Source: Centroscyllium fabricii
Lineage: Eukaryota
Reading direction: 5' to 3'
NCBI GenBank assembly: GCA_051313645.2
Contig: JBNRSN020000065.1
Location: 372,001 to 436,000, forward strand
Length of the DNA stretch: 64,000 bases
A program made the position numbers and the translations under genes. Under the pieces are notes generated by a model. It made no database searches and was not told the origin of the DNA. It worked only from the letters and a program-made list of their open reading frames with translations. Each line of letters opens with the position of its first letter. The stretch's first letter is position 1. Of the stretch, positions 1-12,190 are shown piece by piece.

Positions 1-1412
1 TGTCATCTGCAAACTTACTGATCATGCCTTTTACATTAATATCTAAATCGTTAATATAGACTACAAACAGCAAGGGACCCAACACTGATCGCTGCGGTAC
101 CCCACTGGACACCGGCTTCCAGTCACAAAAACAACCTTCGACCATCACTCACTGCCTCCTGTCACCAAGCCAGGTTTGGATCCACTGAGCCAAGGTGCCC
201 TGGATCCAGATGGAGTTTTACGTTACTGTGCAAAGGCGAGATGTCTCCCCAGATACGTATCTCATTGAGACATCTGCCTCCTGAGGGCAGGTTCAAAATC
301 TGTGGAAAACCGTTTACCCACTTCTCTATCAGACTCCAGGCGCCTTTTGACGTGTTTTTTCAAAGGAACTAGAAGTTCAGCCCAGCGAAGAAATTAACCC
401 TTTAATTCTCGATGAGCACATGGGAATTGAAAGCTGCACTGCCAAAAACAAGAGAGAACTTTGACCCAACAATGATCCGTGTTTTATAGAATCATAGAAT
501 CCTACAGCACGGAAGGAGCCCACTCGGTCAGTCCAGTTCTTGCTGGCTCTCTCAAACAGCGATTCAACAAGTCCCACATATGTCTCCTCCCTCCCTTCTT
601 CATCTCACCCCGTCAACATTTCCTTCTAATCCTTGTCCCTGTGTGTTTATCAGCTTCCCCTGAAATGCGTCTAGGTTATTTCTCTCAGCCACTCCCTGTG
701 GAGGCGAGTTCCACATTCTCACCACTCTCTGGGTAAACAGGATTCTCCTGAATTCCCTATTGGATTCGTCAGTGACTATCTTATATTTATGGCCCCTAGT
801 TTTGCCCTCTCCTATCCAATTTTTCCCACTCCCCTGCTCATTTCCCACAGCCCTGTGTTTATCATCTTCAAGTTTATGTCCAATTCATAGAAACATAGAA
901 GATAGGAGCAGGAGTAGGCCATTCGGCCCTTCGAGCACGCTCCACCATTCAATGAGATCATGGCTGATCATCCAAACCCAGTACCCCTCTCCCCATATCC
1001 CTCGATCCCCATCGAACCTGCACCGACACATATCCCACCCTACCCCCGTAACCCCACATATTCAATCCCCCTAACACTAAGGGTCAATTTATTCTGGCCA
1101 ATCAACCTAACCTTTGTGAAAGTTACCAATGAATCTGCTTCCAGCACCCTTTCAGGAAGTGCATTCACGATACATCTTGCGGCGTAAATAAACTGTCTCC
1201 TCATCTCCCAGTTGAATATTTTCCCAAAGACCTTAAATCTTCCCCCTGGGTACCCAACCTGCCCGCAGAGAAATCAATTTCTCCTTGTCTACTCTAAAGA
1301 AACCGCTATTAAATTTGAACACCTCTATTAAATCTCATCTTATCGTCTGTCTTGCGTCATTCTATGAAGTTACTAAACTACCTAAGTACTGAGATTGTGG
1401 GTGGATTTCGCG

Positions 1413-1423
1413 GGAAGTGACGT
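1413..1423 (+). promoter_or_regulatory. ETS/CRE composite element in the V1 promoter, similar to the Vbeta promoter decamer
   Basis: GGAAGTGACGT about 130 bp upstream of the ATG; same motif and spacing before V6 (17983), the orphan leader, V12 and V16. Confidence 0.7.
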
Positions 1424-1543
1424 GAGTATAACAATGATAACCGGATGCTCTTGATTTAAACAGATGCAACAAAGAAACGACCTTCAGAACTTGTATTGAG
1501 CTGCACTTGTTCAGACGGCGAGCCAGCTTGGATTGAATAAATC

Positions 1544-3343
1544 ATGTCTCATGAAGCTCATTATCTAATCTTGATGGCTGCATTGCTCTCACGTAAGTTA
1601 AAATTAAAAAACTTTATATAATAATGTATTAAACTGTCAGCTGTGATTCAGTTGTTTGCTTCCTTGCCACCGAGCCAGAAGGTCGCGGGTTCGAGTCTCA
1701 GTCCAGAAACTTGAGCATAAAATCAATGCTGACCCTCCCAGTGCCAGAAAGAACGGAATGCTGCACTGTCGGAGGGGCATTACTGAGGGAGCGCCGCACT
1801 GTCGGAGCGGCAGTACTGAGGGAGTACTGGACTGTCGGAGGGGCATTACAGAAGGAGCGCCGCACTGTCGGAGGGGAAGTTCTGAGGGAGTGCTGCACTG
1901 TCGGAGGGTCAGTACTAAGGGAGCACCGCACTGTCGGAGGGGCAGTACTGAGGGAGCGCTTCACTGTCGGAGGGGAAGTACTGAGGGAGCGCTGCACTGT
2001 CGGAGAGGCAGTACTGAGGGAGTGCAAGACTGTTGGAGGGGCAGTACTGAGGGAGCGCTGCACTGTCGGAGTGTCGGTACTGAGGATGCGCTGAACTGTT
2101 GGAGGGGCATTACTGAGGGAGCGCTGCACTGTCGGAGGAGCAGTACTGTGGTAGCGCTGCTCTGTCGGAGAGGCAGTACTGAGGGAGTGCTGGACTGTTG
2201 GAGGGGCAGTACTGAGGGAGCGCTGCACTGTCGGAGGGGCAGTACTGAGGGAGCGCTGCACTGTCGGAGGGGCATTAGTGAGGGAGCGCTGCACTGCCGG
2301 CGGGGCAGTACTGAGGGAGCGCTGCACTGTCGGAGGGGCAGTAGTGAGGGAGTGCTGGACTGTCGGAGGGGCAGTACTGAGGGAGTGCTGGACTGTCAGA
2401 GGGGCAGTACTGAGGTAGTGCTGGACTGTCGGAGGGTCAGTACTGACGGAGTGCTGCACTGTCGGAGGGGCAGTACTGAGGGAGCGCCGCACTGTCGGAG
2501 GGGCAGTACTGAGGGAGTGCTGCACTGTCGGAGGATCAGTACTGAGGGAGTGCTGCACTGTCGGAGGCGCAGCACTGAGGGAGCGCTGCACTGTCAGAGG
2601 GGCTGTACTGAGGGAGCGCTGCACTGTCGGAGGGTCAGTGGTGATGGAGAGCTGGACTGTCGGAGGGGCAGTACTGAGGGAGTGCTGCACTGTTGGAGGG
2701 TCAGTACTGAGGGAGCACTGCACTGTCGGAGGCGGCATTTTTGAATTTTAATTAAAGCTGCCCTCTCAGGTGGACATATTTTCTCTAATATTTTTCCCGA
2801 AACCAGCACCTAATAAATACCCAGTTTTCATATTGCCTTCGTGGAATCTTGCTGAAAATTGACTGCCGTCATCACTACATTATAACAGGGACTGCACTTC
2901 AGGACATTCTTCGTTGTTTGTGAAACGCTTTGGGACGTCCTGAGCTCGCGAAACGCACTATTGGACCGCAAGTTAGTTATTTACATATAGAACCTGCTCT
3001 ACTCAATTATTGATGGCAATAAGATTCTAATCGATGATCCTTTCGACAGGAATACTCGCCTCGTACGTGGAACAGTCGCCTTCTATCCTATCGATTGGTG
3101 CAGGAGTGTCGACCACGCTCAGATGCACGCTGACGAATACTGTCTATAACCAAATGTACTGGTATAGACAACAACCCGACCGGGCATTAGAAGCTCTTTT
3201 TTATTTTGCTGCAGCAGGTGCTGTTACGAACTACACGTCTGAATCTTTCAAGGCAGAAAGAAGCAGCGATACGCATTATACTTTGGAACTGAGCGCCGCC
3301 TCTGCGTCTCACACCGCTGTCTATTACTGTGCTTGTAGTATCG
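1544..3343 (+). CDS. TRBV: TCR beta-type V segment V1 (family A, ends YYCACSI); leader exon 1544-1592, V exon 3050-3343
   Basis: Leader MSHEAHYLILMAALLS then c|gtaagt; acceptor cag|ga joins in frame. V domain has the first Cys, WYRQ and YYC, followed by a 23-RSS. Confidence 0.9.
1635..2975 (+). mobile_element. tRNA-derived SINE (SacSINE/Deu-like) in the V1 intron, with an internal 33-bp expansion
   Basis: tRNA-like head (gctgtgattcagttg...gggttcgagtc), a body including ccctctcaggtggac, and a 3' tail; homologous to the SINE in the V6, V12 and V16 introns. Confidence 0.7.
1757..2733 (+). repeat. 33-bp SINE-derived minisatellite (about 30 units)
   Basis: Unit GCTGCACTGTCGGAGGGGCAGTACTGAGGGAGC. 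Confidence 0.95.
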
Positions 3344-3382
3344 CACAGCGTTTGAGAAAGCGGCTCCCCCGATACAAAAACC
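3344..3382 (+). other. 23-RSS of V1
   Basis: CACAGCG, 23 nt, ACAAAAACC. Confidence 0.95.
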
Positions 3383-4146
3383 TGCAGCGGATAAATGGGA
3401 GTTCAGTGCTCATTATCCGCCACCAGGTGTCAGCACTAGATGGAGGTTCAGGGCAATTTGTTTGCCAGCAATTCATAGAATTCCAGAATGTTTCAGTACG
3501 GAAGGAGGCCATTCGGACCATCGTGCCTTTACCGGCTCTGTGAAAATGCTACCCAATTAGTCACACTTCAACCTGCTCCTTCACCATATTGCAAATTCTT
3601 CCCATTCATGTATATATTCATTCCGTTTTTAAAGTTCTGGTTGAATCAGCTTCCACCACTCTTTCAGACAATGCATTCGCAATTATAACAACACACTGCA
3701 TGAATAAGAAAAATCTTCATTTGCCCCTCGGATTGGATTTTCACTTACTTTCAATCTGTACTCTTTGCTTACCGTCCCTTCTGTCACAGGAAACAGTTTC
3801 TGCTCATTTAATTGAATCTAACCTTATATGATTGTGAACACCTCCGTCAAATTGTCCCTTAAGGTTCTCTGCACAAAGGAGAACAAACTCAACTTCTGCA
3901 CTCTCTCCACCTAACTTGGCTTCTGCATTCCTGGTGGCAGTCGAGTGAATCACTTCTGCTCTCTCAGGACTACCCCTCCGACAGTGCAGCGCTCCCACAG
4001 TGCTGCGCCTCCGACAGTGCAGCACTCCCTCAGTACTGGTGTGCACAGTGTCAACCTAAGTTATGTGCTTGAGTTTCTTATGTGGGCTCGAACCCACAGT
4101 CCTCTGATGCAGTGTCGAGAGCACTTTCTGGGCCACGGCTGAAACG

Positions 4147-4154
4147 TGACGTCA
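4147..4154 (+). promoter_or_regulatory. Perfect CRE in the V2 promoter
   Basis: TGACGTCA about 80 bp upstream of the leader ATG. Confidence 0.7.
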
Positions 4155-4228
4155 GATAATGACGCTTCCAATATAGTCCGACTCTTCAGCGGAGAAGGAA
4201 GCATTCTGTCCTTGTTCAGGGACTGAAC

Positions 4229-5304
4229 ATGCTTGGTGAATTGTCATATTTAATCTTGTCGATTGCTTTAATTTCAGGTAAGTTTAAACAATGCGCCGAC
4301 CTAAAAGTCAGACCGAAAGCCATATTTCCCAATATGTTATATGATTAGGTTGGTTTAATCCACGAAAACATAGATTTCTACTTCTACAGAGTACAAAACC
4401 AATGAAGTTATGCTAAACCTATACAAAACACTGGTTGTGCCCCAGATTGTGTAGTGTGTTCAATTCTGGGCATCACCCAGGCTAAGGATGTCTCGGCCTT
4501 GGAGAAAATAAAAGGCGATTTACTGGAATGGTGCCAGTAATGTGGGATTTCAGTCACATGGAGAGATGGAGAGGCTGGAGTTGTTCTCCTTGGAGAAGAT
4601 AGGTTTAAGGGGAGATTTAATAGATGTCTTCAAAATGATGAGGGGTTTCGATTGAATAAATAAGGAGAAAATATTTCCACTAGTCGGCAACCAGAGGACA
4701 CAGAGAGAAGGTGACTGGCAAAAGAACCAGGAGGGGAGATTGGGAGAATTTATTTGACACAGCGAGTTATTATCTGGAATGAACAGCCTGCAATTGTGGT
4801 GGCAGATGTTTCAATAGTAAGATTCAAAAGGAAATTGAATATATACTTAAGAAGGAAAACCTTGCTGTATTTTGAGGAAAGAGCACGCTGGAAGTGGGAC
4901 TAATGGATAGTTTGTTCAACGAGCCGGTACAGACAATATGGAGAACATGGCCTTCTTCTGTACTGTGTGATTCTATAAGAACACATTTTACTGTTACCTC
5001 CATTTGACAGGAGTGTCCTCTTCGTTCATTGACCAGTCGCCGCAAACTGTGTCCGTTGGCTCAGGAAAATCGGTCGTAATGAGATGTATCCTGAGGAACA
5101 CTGACTATCGCGACATGTACTGGTACCGACAAGGGACAAGCCAGGGTTTCGTTGTTCTGTTCCATTCAGCTGGGACCGACCACGTTTCAAATTACATCTC
5201 CGGACCCTTTAAAGCCCAGAGACCCAGCGACACCGAGTTTACTCTGGAACTCACCGGAGCCTCTCAGTCGGACACCGCCGTCTACTTCTGCGCGTGTAGT
5301 GTCG
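4229..5304 (+). CDS. TRBV: TCR beta-type V segment V2 (divergent family A, ends YFCACSV); leader 4229-4277, V exon 5011-5304
   Basis: Leader MLGELSYLILSIALIS then g|gtaagt; in-frame acceptor at 5011; intact V domain. Confidence 0.9.
4345..4978 (+). mobile_element. Degraded CR1 LINE 3' fragment in the V2 intron
   Basis: CR1 RT-like 'VMLNLYKTLV..QFWA' coding sequence and a tail ending gattctat. Confidence 0.75.
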
Positions 5305-5343
5305 CACAGCGTGTGAAAACACCGCCTCCCTGTGACAAAAACT
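5305..5343 (+). other. 23-RSS of V2
   Basis: CACAGCG, 23 nt, ACAAAAACT. Confidence 0.95.
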
Positions 5344-5499
5344 CCTTGAATCAGAATCAGAGGAATGTGATGGTTTCAACCGCCAGATGGTGGCGCTGTG
5401 GTACTACATTTTAAACATGCTGTCTCCAAACTAGGCCATAATTCTTTAAAAAATACATTGACTCTTCTTTAGTGTCATAACAGATGCCTCCTGCTTTGT

Positions 5500-6100
5500 A
5501 TTACTCGTTTAAGGGATGTGGGCATCGCTGGCAAGGCCAGATTTTATTGCCCATCCCTAATTGCCCTTGAGAAGTTGGTGGTGAACCGCCTTCATGAACC
5601 GCTGCAGTCCATGTGGCGAAGGTGCTCCCACAGTGCTGTTCGGGAGGGAGCTCCATGATTTTGACCCAGCGACGATGAAGGATCGGCGATACACTTCTAT
5701 GTCACGATGGTGTGTGACCTGGAGGGGAAGTTGGAGGGGGTGGTGTTCCCATGCGACTGCTGCCCTTGTCCTTCTAGGTGGAAGAGGTCGCGGGTTTGGG
5801 AGGTGCTGCCGAAGAGGCCTTGGCGAGTTGCTGCAGTGCATCTTGTAGATGGTACACACTGCAGCCACGGTGCGCCGGTGCTGGGGGGAGTGAATGTTTA
5901 AGGTGGTGGATGGGGTGCCAATCAAGCGTAATGCTTTGTCCTGGATGGTGTCGAGCTTCCTGAGTGTTGTTAGAGCTGCACTCATCCAGGGAATTGGAGA
6001 GTATTCCATCAAACTCCTGACTTGTGCCTTGTGGATGGTGGAAAGCCTTTGGGGAATCAGGAGGTGGGACACTCGCCGCAGAATACCCAGCCTCTGCTTG
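5500..6100 (-). mobile_element. CR1-clade LINE ORF2 3' fragment
   Basis: ORF 5557-6144(-) has RT C-terminal-like motifs (QVRSLMEYS...KSWSSLPNS). Confidence 0.8.
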
Positions 6101-6625
6101 CTTTGGTTTGAACTCTGGACTCCTAAAGTCTTAATCTGATCCATCTGTTGCCTCTATCACACAGGACAAATTCTTATAATACAAAAATATTAATACTGAC
6201 GTCAGCAATATGGAGCATTTTTAGCTTTATGTTACATGCTAATTACTTGCTAAATGGTATAAATCTGAAGGGGTTCAAAGAAGAGAGAGACCTAGGGGTG
6301 CTTGTGCACAAATCTTTGAAGGACTCAGAACGGAATAGGACAGGTTACCAACGCAGATAATAAAGCATATGGTATCCGGGGCTTTGTAAGTAGAGTCATA
6401 CAGTACAACAGCCATTCATTTATGCTAAACACATGTAACACAATAGTTCGGCCCCATGTGGAGTATTCTTCCCAATTCTGGGCACCACACTTTAGGAAGG
6501 ACGCAAATACTTTGGAGAGGGCACAGCAAAGATTGACAAGGATGGTTACAGGAATGCGGATACCTGGTTAGACTGGGGACGCTGGGGTTGTTCTCCTTAA
6601 AGCAGAGACGGTCGAGAGCCCATGG

Positions 6626-7732
6626 GGTCCGGGGCACCTTTGCACAATGGATCCAAAACTGGCTTGGTGACAGAAGGCAGAGGGTGATGGTCGAAGGTTT
6701 GTTTTTGTGACTGGAGGCCGGTGTCCAGTGGGGTACCGCAGGGATCGGTGTTATGTCCCTTGCTGTTTGTAATCTACATTAAAAATTTGGATATCAACGT
6801 AAAAGGCATGATCAGCAAGTTTGCAGACGACACGAAGATAGGAGGGGTGGTAAATAGTGAGAAAGAGATCTTCAGGCTGCAGGGAGATACAGATGAACTG
6901 GTCAGATGGGCGGAACAGCGGCAGATGGAATTTAACCCTGAAAAGTGCGAAGTGATGCATTTTGGCAGGACTAACATGGAGTGGGAATACACCATGAATG
7001 GTAGGACTCTAGGGAAGGCAGATGATCAGAGGGACCTTGGTGTACAGGTACACAATTCCTTGAAGGCAGCAGGGCAGGTGGGTAGGGTGGTCAAGAAGGC
7101 ATATGGGATACTTGCCTTCATTAGCAGGGGCATAGAATATAAAAGTAGGGAGGTGATGATGGAGCTGTACAAAACACTGGTGAGGCCACAGCTGGAGTAA
7201 TGTGTGCAGTCCTGGTCGCCACACTATAGGAAGGATGTAATAGCTTTGGAGAGGGTGCAGATGAGATTCACCAGGATGCTGCCTGGGATGGAGAGCTTCA
7301 GCTATGAGGAGAGACTGGACAGGCTGGGGTTGTTTTCCTTGGAGCAGAGGAGGCTGAGAGGGGACCTGATTGAAGTGCACAAAATCATGAGGGGCGTAGA
7401 TGGCGGGGATCTTTTTCCATTGGTGGAAGGGTCACTAACGAGGGGGCATAGATGCAGGGTGAGAGGCAGGAGGTTTTGGGGTGATGTGAGGAAGAACTTT
7501 ATCACCCAGAGGGTGGTTGGAGTCTGGAACTCACTTCCTGAAAGGGTGGTATAGGCGGGAACAGTCACAACGTTCAAGAAGCATTTGGATGTACACTTGA
7601 AAGGTTACAACATACAAGGCTACGGTCCAAATGCAGGAAAGTGTGATTAGAATAGACTAGGTTTGGATGGGCGGCACGGACGTGATGGGCCGAAGGGCCT
7701 CTTTCTGTGCTGTATGACTCTTTGACTCTATG
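6626..7732 (+). mobile_element. Younger 5'-truncated CR1 LINE nested in an older CR1 (about 6240-8050)
   Basis: SGVPQGSVL, KFADDTK and LVRPQLE motifs, and a microsatellite-like tail. The older CR1 resumes at agatttgatagagg. Confidence 0.9.
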
Positions 7733-8395
7733 AGTCCATGAGATTTGATAGAGGTGTTTAAAATCATGAAGTATTTTGGAAGAGTAAATAAGGAGAAATT
7801 GTTTCCAATGACTGAAGGGTCGATAATTAGAGGTTAAAGATCTGAGGTGATTGGCAAAAGAATCAAAGGCCACACGAGGAAAAACATTTTAATGCAACCT
7901 GTCGTTTGTATTTACAATAGACTGCCTATTGAGTGGTGGATAAATATTCAATGGTAGCTTTCGCAAGGGAATTGGATAAATCCCTGTAGGAGAAATAGTG
8001 CAAGGATACGGGGAAAGAGCGGGGGAGTATTCTCAATATTCCGAACGGCCTCCTCCTGTTCTCACACTCTATGATGTCATACACTCTGCTGCACGTCACT
8101 TTCGCGTTCAAGTTATGGTTTTCTTCTGCGCTGTAAGATGCATCGATTTTACACGACGATCCTCCTCCTATGTACATCATTTGTCAAAATCATTGCCATC
8201 AAAGGAAATGCTTCTCATTTGTTCATACTGTTGACGTGTGTGCTCCAACCACAGGATTGGCTGTTCAATCGTCCCGCGTAATGCATCACATCCGGTGGCA
8301 TCACCGTTGAGGAGAGCAATGTTCTAGCTGAAAAGTTGTCGCTATGTAACGCTGCCTGTCATCCCGTGGGAAGGGCGCTGTGATTCTCAGCCAGT

Positions 8396-9025
8396 ATGTT
8401 TATAATCTGGGTCACCTTATCGCTCGGACATTTGATCTGTTGTAAGTGCAATGTATTGACCTATCAATTGACAACAGCGAAAGAAAGAAATTGCGTTGAT
8501 ATGCAAGTTGAAGTAGTTTCAACAATAACCTACAGAATGGAATTCGATCGATATTTGAGTGCTGGTGTGGGTGCGGGTATTTGCAGGCTGTAGGAGAAGT
8601 GGGAATAAATGGATAACTCGTTGAAAGAAGTGGAATGGTCTGCTTCTGTGCAGTCAGATTCTATGGTTTGATACTACGATCTTCCTTCTGTGATTCTAAC
8701 CTATTTTCTTTGTTTAATACCAATCCAGGGGTTCGGGCTGCACCCACTGTGATCCAGTCACCAGCTGCGGCCGCTATTGTCCCGGGAAAGCCGCTCACTT
8801 TCCTCTGCAGTTTGGAGGGAGCGAGCATGGTCAGCTACACCATGCACTGGTACCGACAAGGGGGAGAGACAATAGAGTGGATTTGCAATGAGCACGGCAG
8901 CTGTGGGCCCAGCTTCGAGAAGCGATTCAAAGTGAAACTCGACGCAGCAAACAACCAGTTCACTCTGCAGCTGGAAGGCTCCGAGCTGACAGACTCTGCC
9001 GCCTATTACTGTGCGGCGAGTTTGG
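8396..9025 (+). CDS. TRBV: TCR beta-type V segment V3 (singleton, CDR1 GASMVSYT, ends YYCAASL); leader 8396-8441, V exon 8729-9025
   Basis: Leader MFIIWVTLSLGHLIC then t|gtaagt; acceptor ccag|gg in frame; intact V domain with two extra Cys (WICNEHGSCG). Confidence 0.85.
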
Positions 9026-9064
9026 CACAGCGACACAAACCTGCCGCAGACTGATACAAAAACC
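9026..9064 (+). other. 23-RSS of V3
   Basis: CACAGCG, 23 nt, ACAAAAACC. Confidence 0.95.
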
Positions 9065-9354
9065 TTCTCCCCCGCCCACTATGCGCTCATCGCCACCTGT
9101 GAGCGAGCACTCTCTGGGCAGCTCACTCATGGAGCGAAATCATTTGCATTGTTACGGTGCCTTTCACGAGCGCATTACGTCCCAGATCACTTTTCAACCT
9201 TCGAAGTTCGTTCTTTCAAGTGTGCTCAACGTTGTATTGCAGAAAACACGGCCGCCAATGTTTACACAGCAAGCTGGCGCAAACAGCAATGTGCAAAGTA
9301 TTAATAATCTATTTTAGTGATATTGGTTGTCGCATAAATATTAGCCTGTTCTGT

Positions 9355-9950
9355 TCCGCCGACAGTGCAGTACATTCTCAGGACTAACCATCCGAATATC
9401 CAGCCCTCCCTCAGTACAGTCCCTCCGACAGTGAAGCGCTCGCTCAGTACTGCCCCGCCGACAGTTCAGCGCTCCCTCAGTACTGCCCCTCCGACATTGC
9501 AGCGATCCATAGGTACCGCTCCTTGACAGTGCAGAGCTCCCTTAGTACAGCCTCTCCGACAGAGCAGTGCTCCCTCAGTACTGCCCCCCCCCACCGACAG
9601 TGCAGCGCTCCCTCCGTTCTGCCCCTCCGACAGTGCAGTGCTCCCTCAGTACTGCCCCTCCGACAGTGCAGTGCTCCCTCAGTACTGCCCGTCCGACAGT
9701 GAAGCGCTCCCTCAGTACTGCCCCTCCGACAGTGAAGCGCTCCCTCAGTACTGCCCCTTGACAGTGCAGCGCTCCCTCAGTACTGCCCCTCCGATAGTGC
9801 AGCAATCCATGGGTACCGCTCCTTGACAGGGCAGCGCTCCCTCAGTAATGCCCCTCCGACAGTGCAGCGATCGATAGGTACTGCTCCTTGACAGAGTAGC
9901 ACTCCTGCTGTACTGCCCCTTCGACAATGCAGCGCTCCCTCAGTACTGCA
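9355..9950 (-). repeat. 33-bp SINE-derived minisatellite in reverse orientation, downstream of V3
   Basis: Tandem ccctccgacagtgcagcgctccctcagtactgc, followed by a reverse SINE head near 9950-10050. Confidence 0.9.
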
Positions 9951-10674
9951 CTAGGAGTGTGAACCTAGATATCTGTTCTTAGGTGCCTGGAGTGGGCCTC
10001 AAACCTATGACTCTCTCAGGGCAGAGACAGCTACCAAATGAGCCACAAGTCACACAACTTGCACCAGACCAACTTACGTTTGGGATGCCGACGTTAGGTT
10101 CCATACATAGTGTATGCAAGCTGATCCCACATTATAACCCTTTCAGCCCTGCTATCGTTCTGGTGAATCTTTGTCTCTCTCCTTCCAGGGTCGGTGTATC
10201 CTTCCATAGGTGCTGTGCCCAGAACTGAACACAGTTTTCCAGAGTCTGACCCTGGCTCTGTGCAACCGAAGCATAACTTCCTCCCTTTTGTATTTCAGTC
10301 ACCTTGGCAGAAAGGCCAACTTTGCATTTGACGTTTGATTCATTTATTGTCAGCTGTGGCTCAGTGAGTAGCACACTCACCTCGGAGTCAGAATGCTGCG
10401 TGTTCAGAATCCCACTCCAGGGACTTGAGCACACGAAGCTTGGCGGACGCTCCAGTTCAGTGCTGAGGGAGCGCTGCAATGTCCGAGGAGCCGTCTTTCG
10501 GATGAGATGTTAATCCGAGGCCGTGTCTGCTCTCTGAGGTGGATGTAGAAGATCCCATGGCACTATGTCGAAGATGAACAGGGGAGGTATCCGCGATGTC
10601 CTGGCCAATATTTATCCCTCAACCAACGACACACAAACAGTAAATTGCGCCTGGTCCTGGCTGGGGTGGAGATC

Positions 10675-11308
10675 ACATCTTACAGAATGTAGAAATGACA
10701 AAAACCCAAAACAAACTAGATTGTTATTTGGCCCTAAACAGACAGTACACCATGGCTGATTACCTGTCCATGGTGAAAGATAGCAAACTGAGAAAAACCC
10801 TGACAATATACAGACTTAGCGAGCACAGCCTAGCCATCGAAAAAGGCAGACACAGAAAGACTTGGCTGCCCAGAGAGGAAAGGCTGTGCTCCCACTGCAG
10901 TCAGGGAGTGGTGGAAACAGGGCTGCATTTCCTCACAACTTGCGAAAACTATCAGGGAATAAGGGGAAATTTCTTCCCAAAATTTGTAACAACATGCCCT
11001 GAATTCAAAAATTTGAACGACCACCAAAAACTCCCATATCTATTGGGGGAACAGAGGGACTGTATAAAATTAGCGGCAAACTACGTCACAGCTTGCCATA
11101 AGCAGAGGGACAACCAGTGACCATTGAAGCTAGGAAGAGCATACAAGCTCTATATGCGGGTATATATGTATGTGTTTGCATAGTTATTCATTCAATACGT
11201 CTGGTTATGCATTTGTATGTCCAATTGTATATGTTCTTTTTCTGTGCTTTAGCAACATAGGATGTATCTTGTCATGCCAATAAAGCAATTTGAATTGAAT
11301 TGAATTGA
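10675..11308 (+). mobile_element. LINE 3' end with CCHC zinc-finger region and (GAATT)n tail (RTE-X-like), nested in a SINE; duplicate at about 35759-36392
   Basis: ORF 10695-11120 reads YRLSEHSLAIEKGRH...CSHC...HFLTTC; AATAAA is followed by ttgaattgaattgaattga. Confidence 0.7.
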
Positions 11309-11954
11309 GTTGCTGCAGGAAATTCAGGGCCAGAGTGATATCCTGGAGGAATTTCGATCGTCTGGATGGGTCGGAGAGGAGTTTCCCAGATTCTTTCCCC
11401 GAATTGGCCACTGGGTTTTTAATCTGGTTTTTCGCCTCTCCCGGGAGATCGCATGGTTTCCGGTGGGATGGGGGGGGGGGGGGTGAAAGTAGATTTGAGG
11501 TGAAAATCAGATCAGCCATGATCTTATTGAATGGCGGAGCGGGCTCGAGGGGCCGATTGGCCTACTCCTGCTCCTATTTCTTATGTTCTTATGTTCCTAT
11601 CACAACAGTGACTCCAGTTCAAAAGTACGTCATTGTTTGTAAAGCGCGTTGAAACATCCAGTGGTCGTGAATGGCGCGATATCGATGCAAGTCTTTCTTA
11701 AATACAAGACTTTCGTTTTGCGCGTGTCGCCTGGCTTTTAGTGATTTGTGTACTTAAACAATGAGTTACCTTTGCTACTTCACAGTTGCTAGCTTCTCAC
11801 CAGGTGCAAAATATTCTGATCTTTCTTCCTTAGGCCCACCGTGGCTGACCTCATAATTGCCCACCTTAAACTTCACCTGCCACTATTTCTCTCTCCTTCA
11901 CGTAGCCTGTTTAGGCCACCTTTGCAACCTCCTGCTCTCATCTGCTGTACCTGT

Positions 11955-12076
11955 GGCCAATCGGAGAGTGAGGAGGCGGGTCTGTCAGTCAGCGTGAGAG
12001 GGGCGTGTCTGTAAACCCGCCTGGGAGTGAAGGAGCGGTGCTGTCAATCAGAGAGCGAGGAGCCAGCGTCACTTCC
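11955..12076 (+). promoter_or_regulatory. V4 promoter: degenerate 27-bp units plus an inverted ETS/CRE (CGTCACTTCC)
   Basis: GGCCAATCGG, CTGTCAGTCA and CTGTCAATCA at roughly 27-bp phasing; a copy lies at about 37039-37160. Confidence 0.6.
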
Positions 12077-12190
12077 TTCCGCCCGTCATAGTTTCCTGAA
12101 TGACATGAAAAGAACGCGTTGGATCGTCACAAGACTTAACGTTCGTATTTTCGCTGATTTCATTGCGAAAAGTAAATTTCCAAGTTAAAG

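Noticed and set aside
1757-2733. Possible CRISPR array
   Set aside because: The units are head-to-tail with no unique spacers, the context is vertebrate, and there are no cas genes.
1656-2744. Long ORFs of 362 and 346 aa with repeated HCRRGSTEGAL or STAPPTVQ motifs
   Set aside because: They arise from a stop-free 33-bp minisatellite inside the V1 intron and are open on both strands.
3034-3543. ORF-track starts and C-terminal tails of the V ORFs (such as AQRLRKRLPRYKN and HSDSERWRSSTKTP)
   Set aside because: The starts lie in introns or are not true initiators, and the tails are read-through of the RSS. The real genes use spliced leaders and V(D)J joining.
6721-7554. Functional reverse transcriptase gene (also 22530-23428 and 47778-48676)
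   Set aside because: These are 5'-truncated CR1 copies with stops and frameshifts.
9355-9950. Array of RSS-heptamer-like GACAGTG in the 33-bp repeat
   Set aside because: It lacks the essential CAC and I saw no nonamer at 12 or 23 spacing; it is generic SINE sequence.
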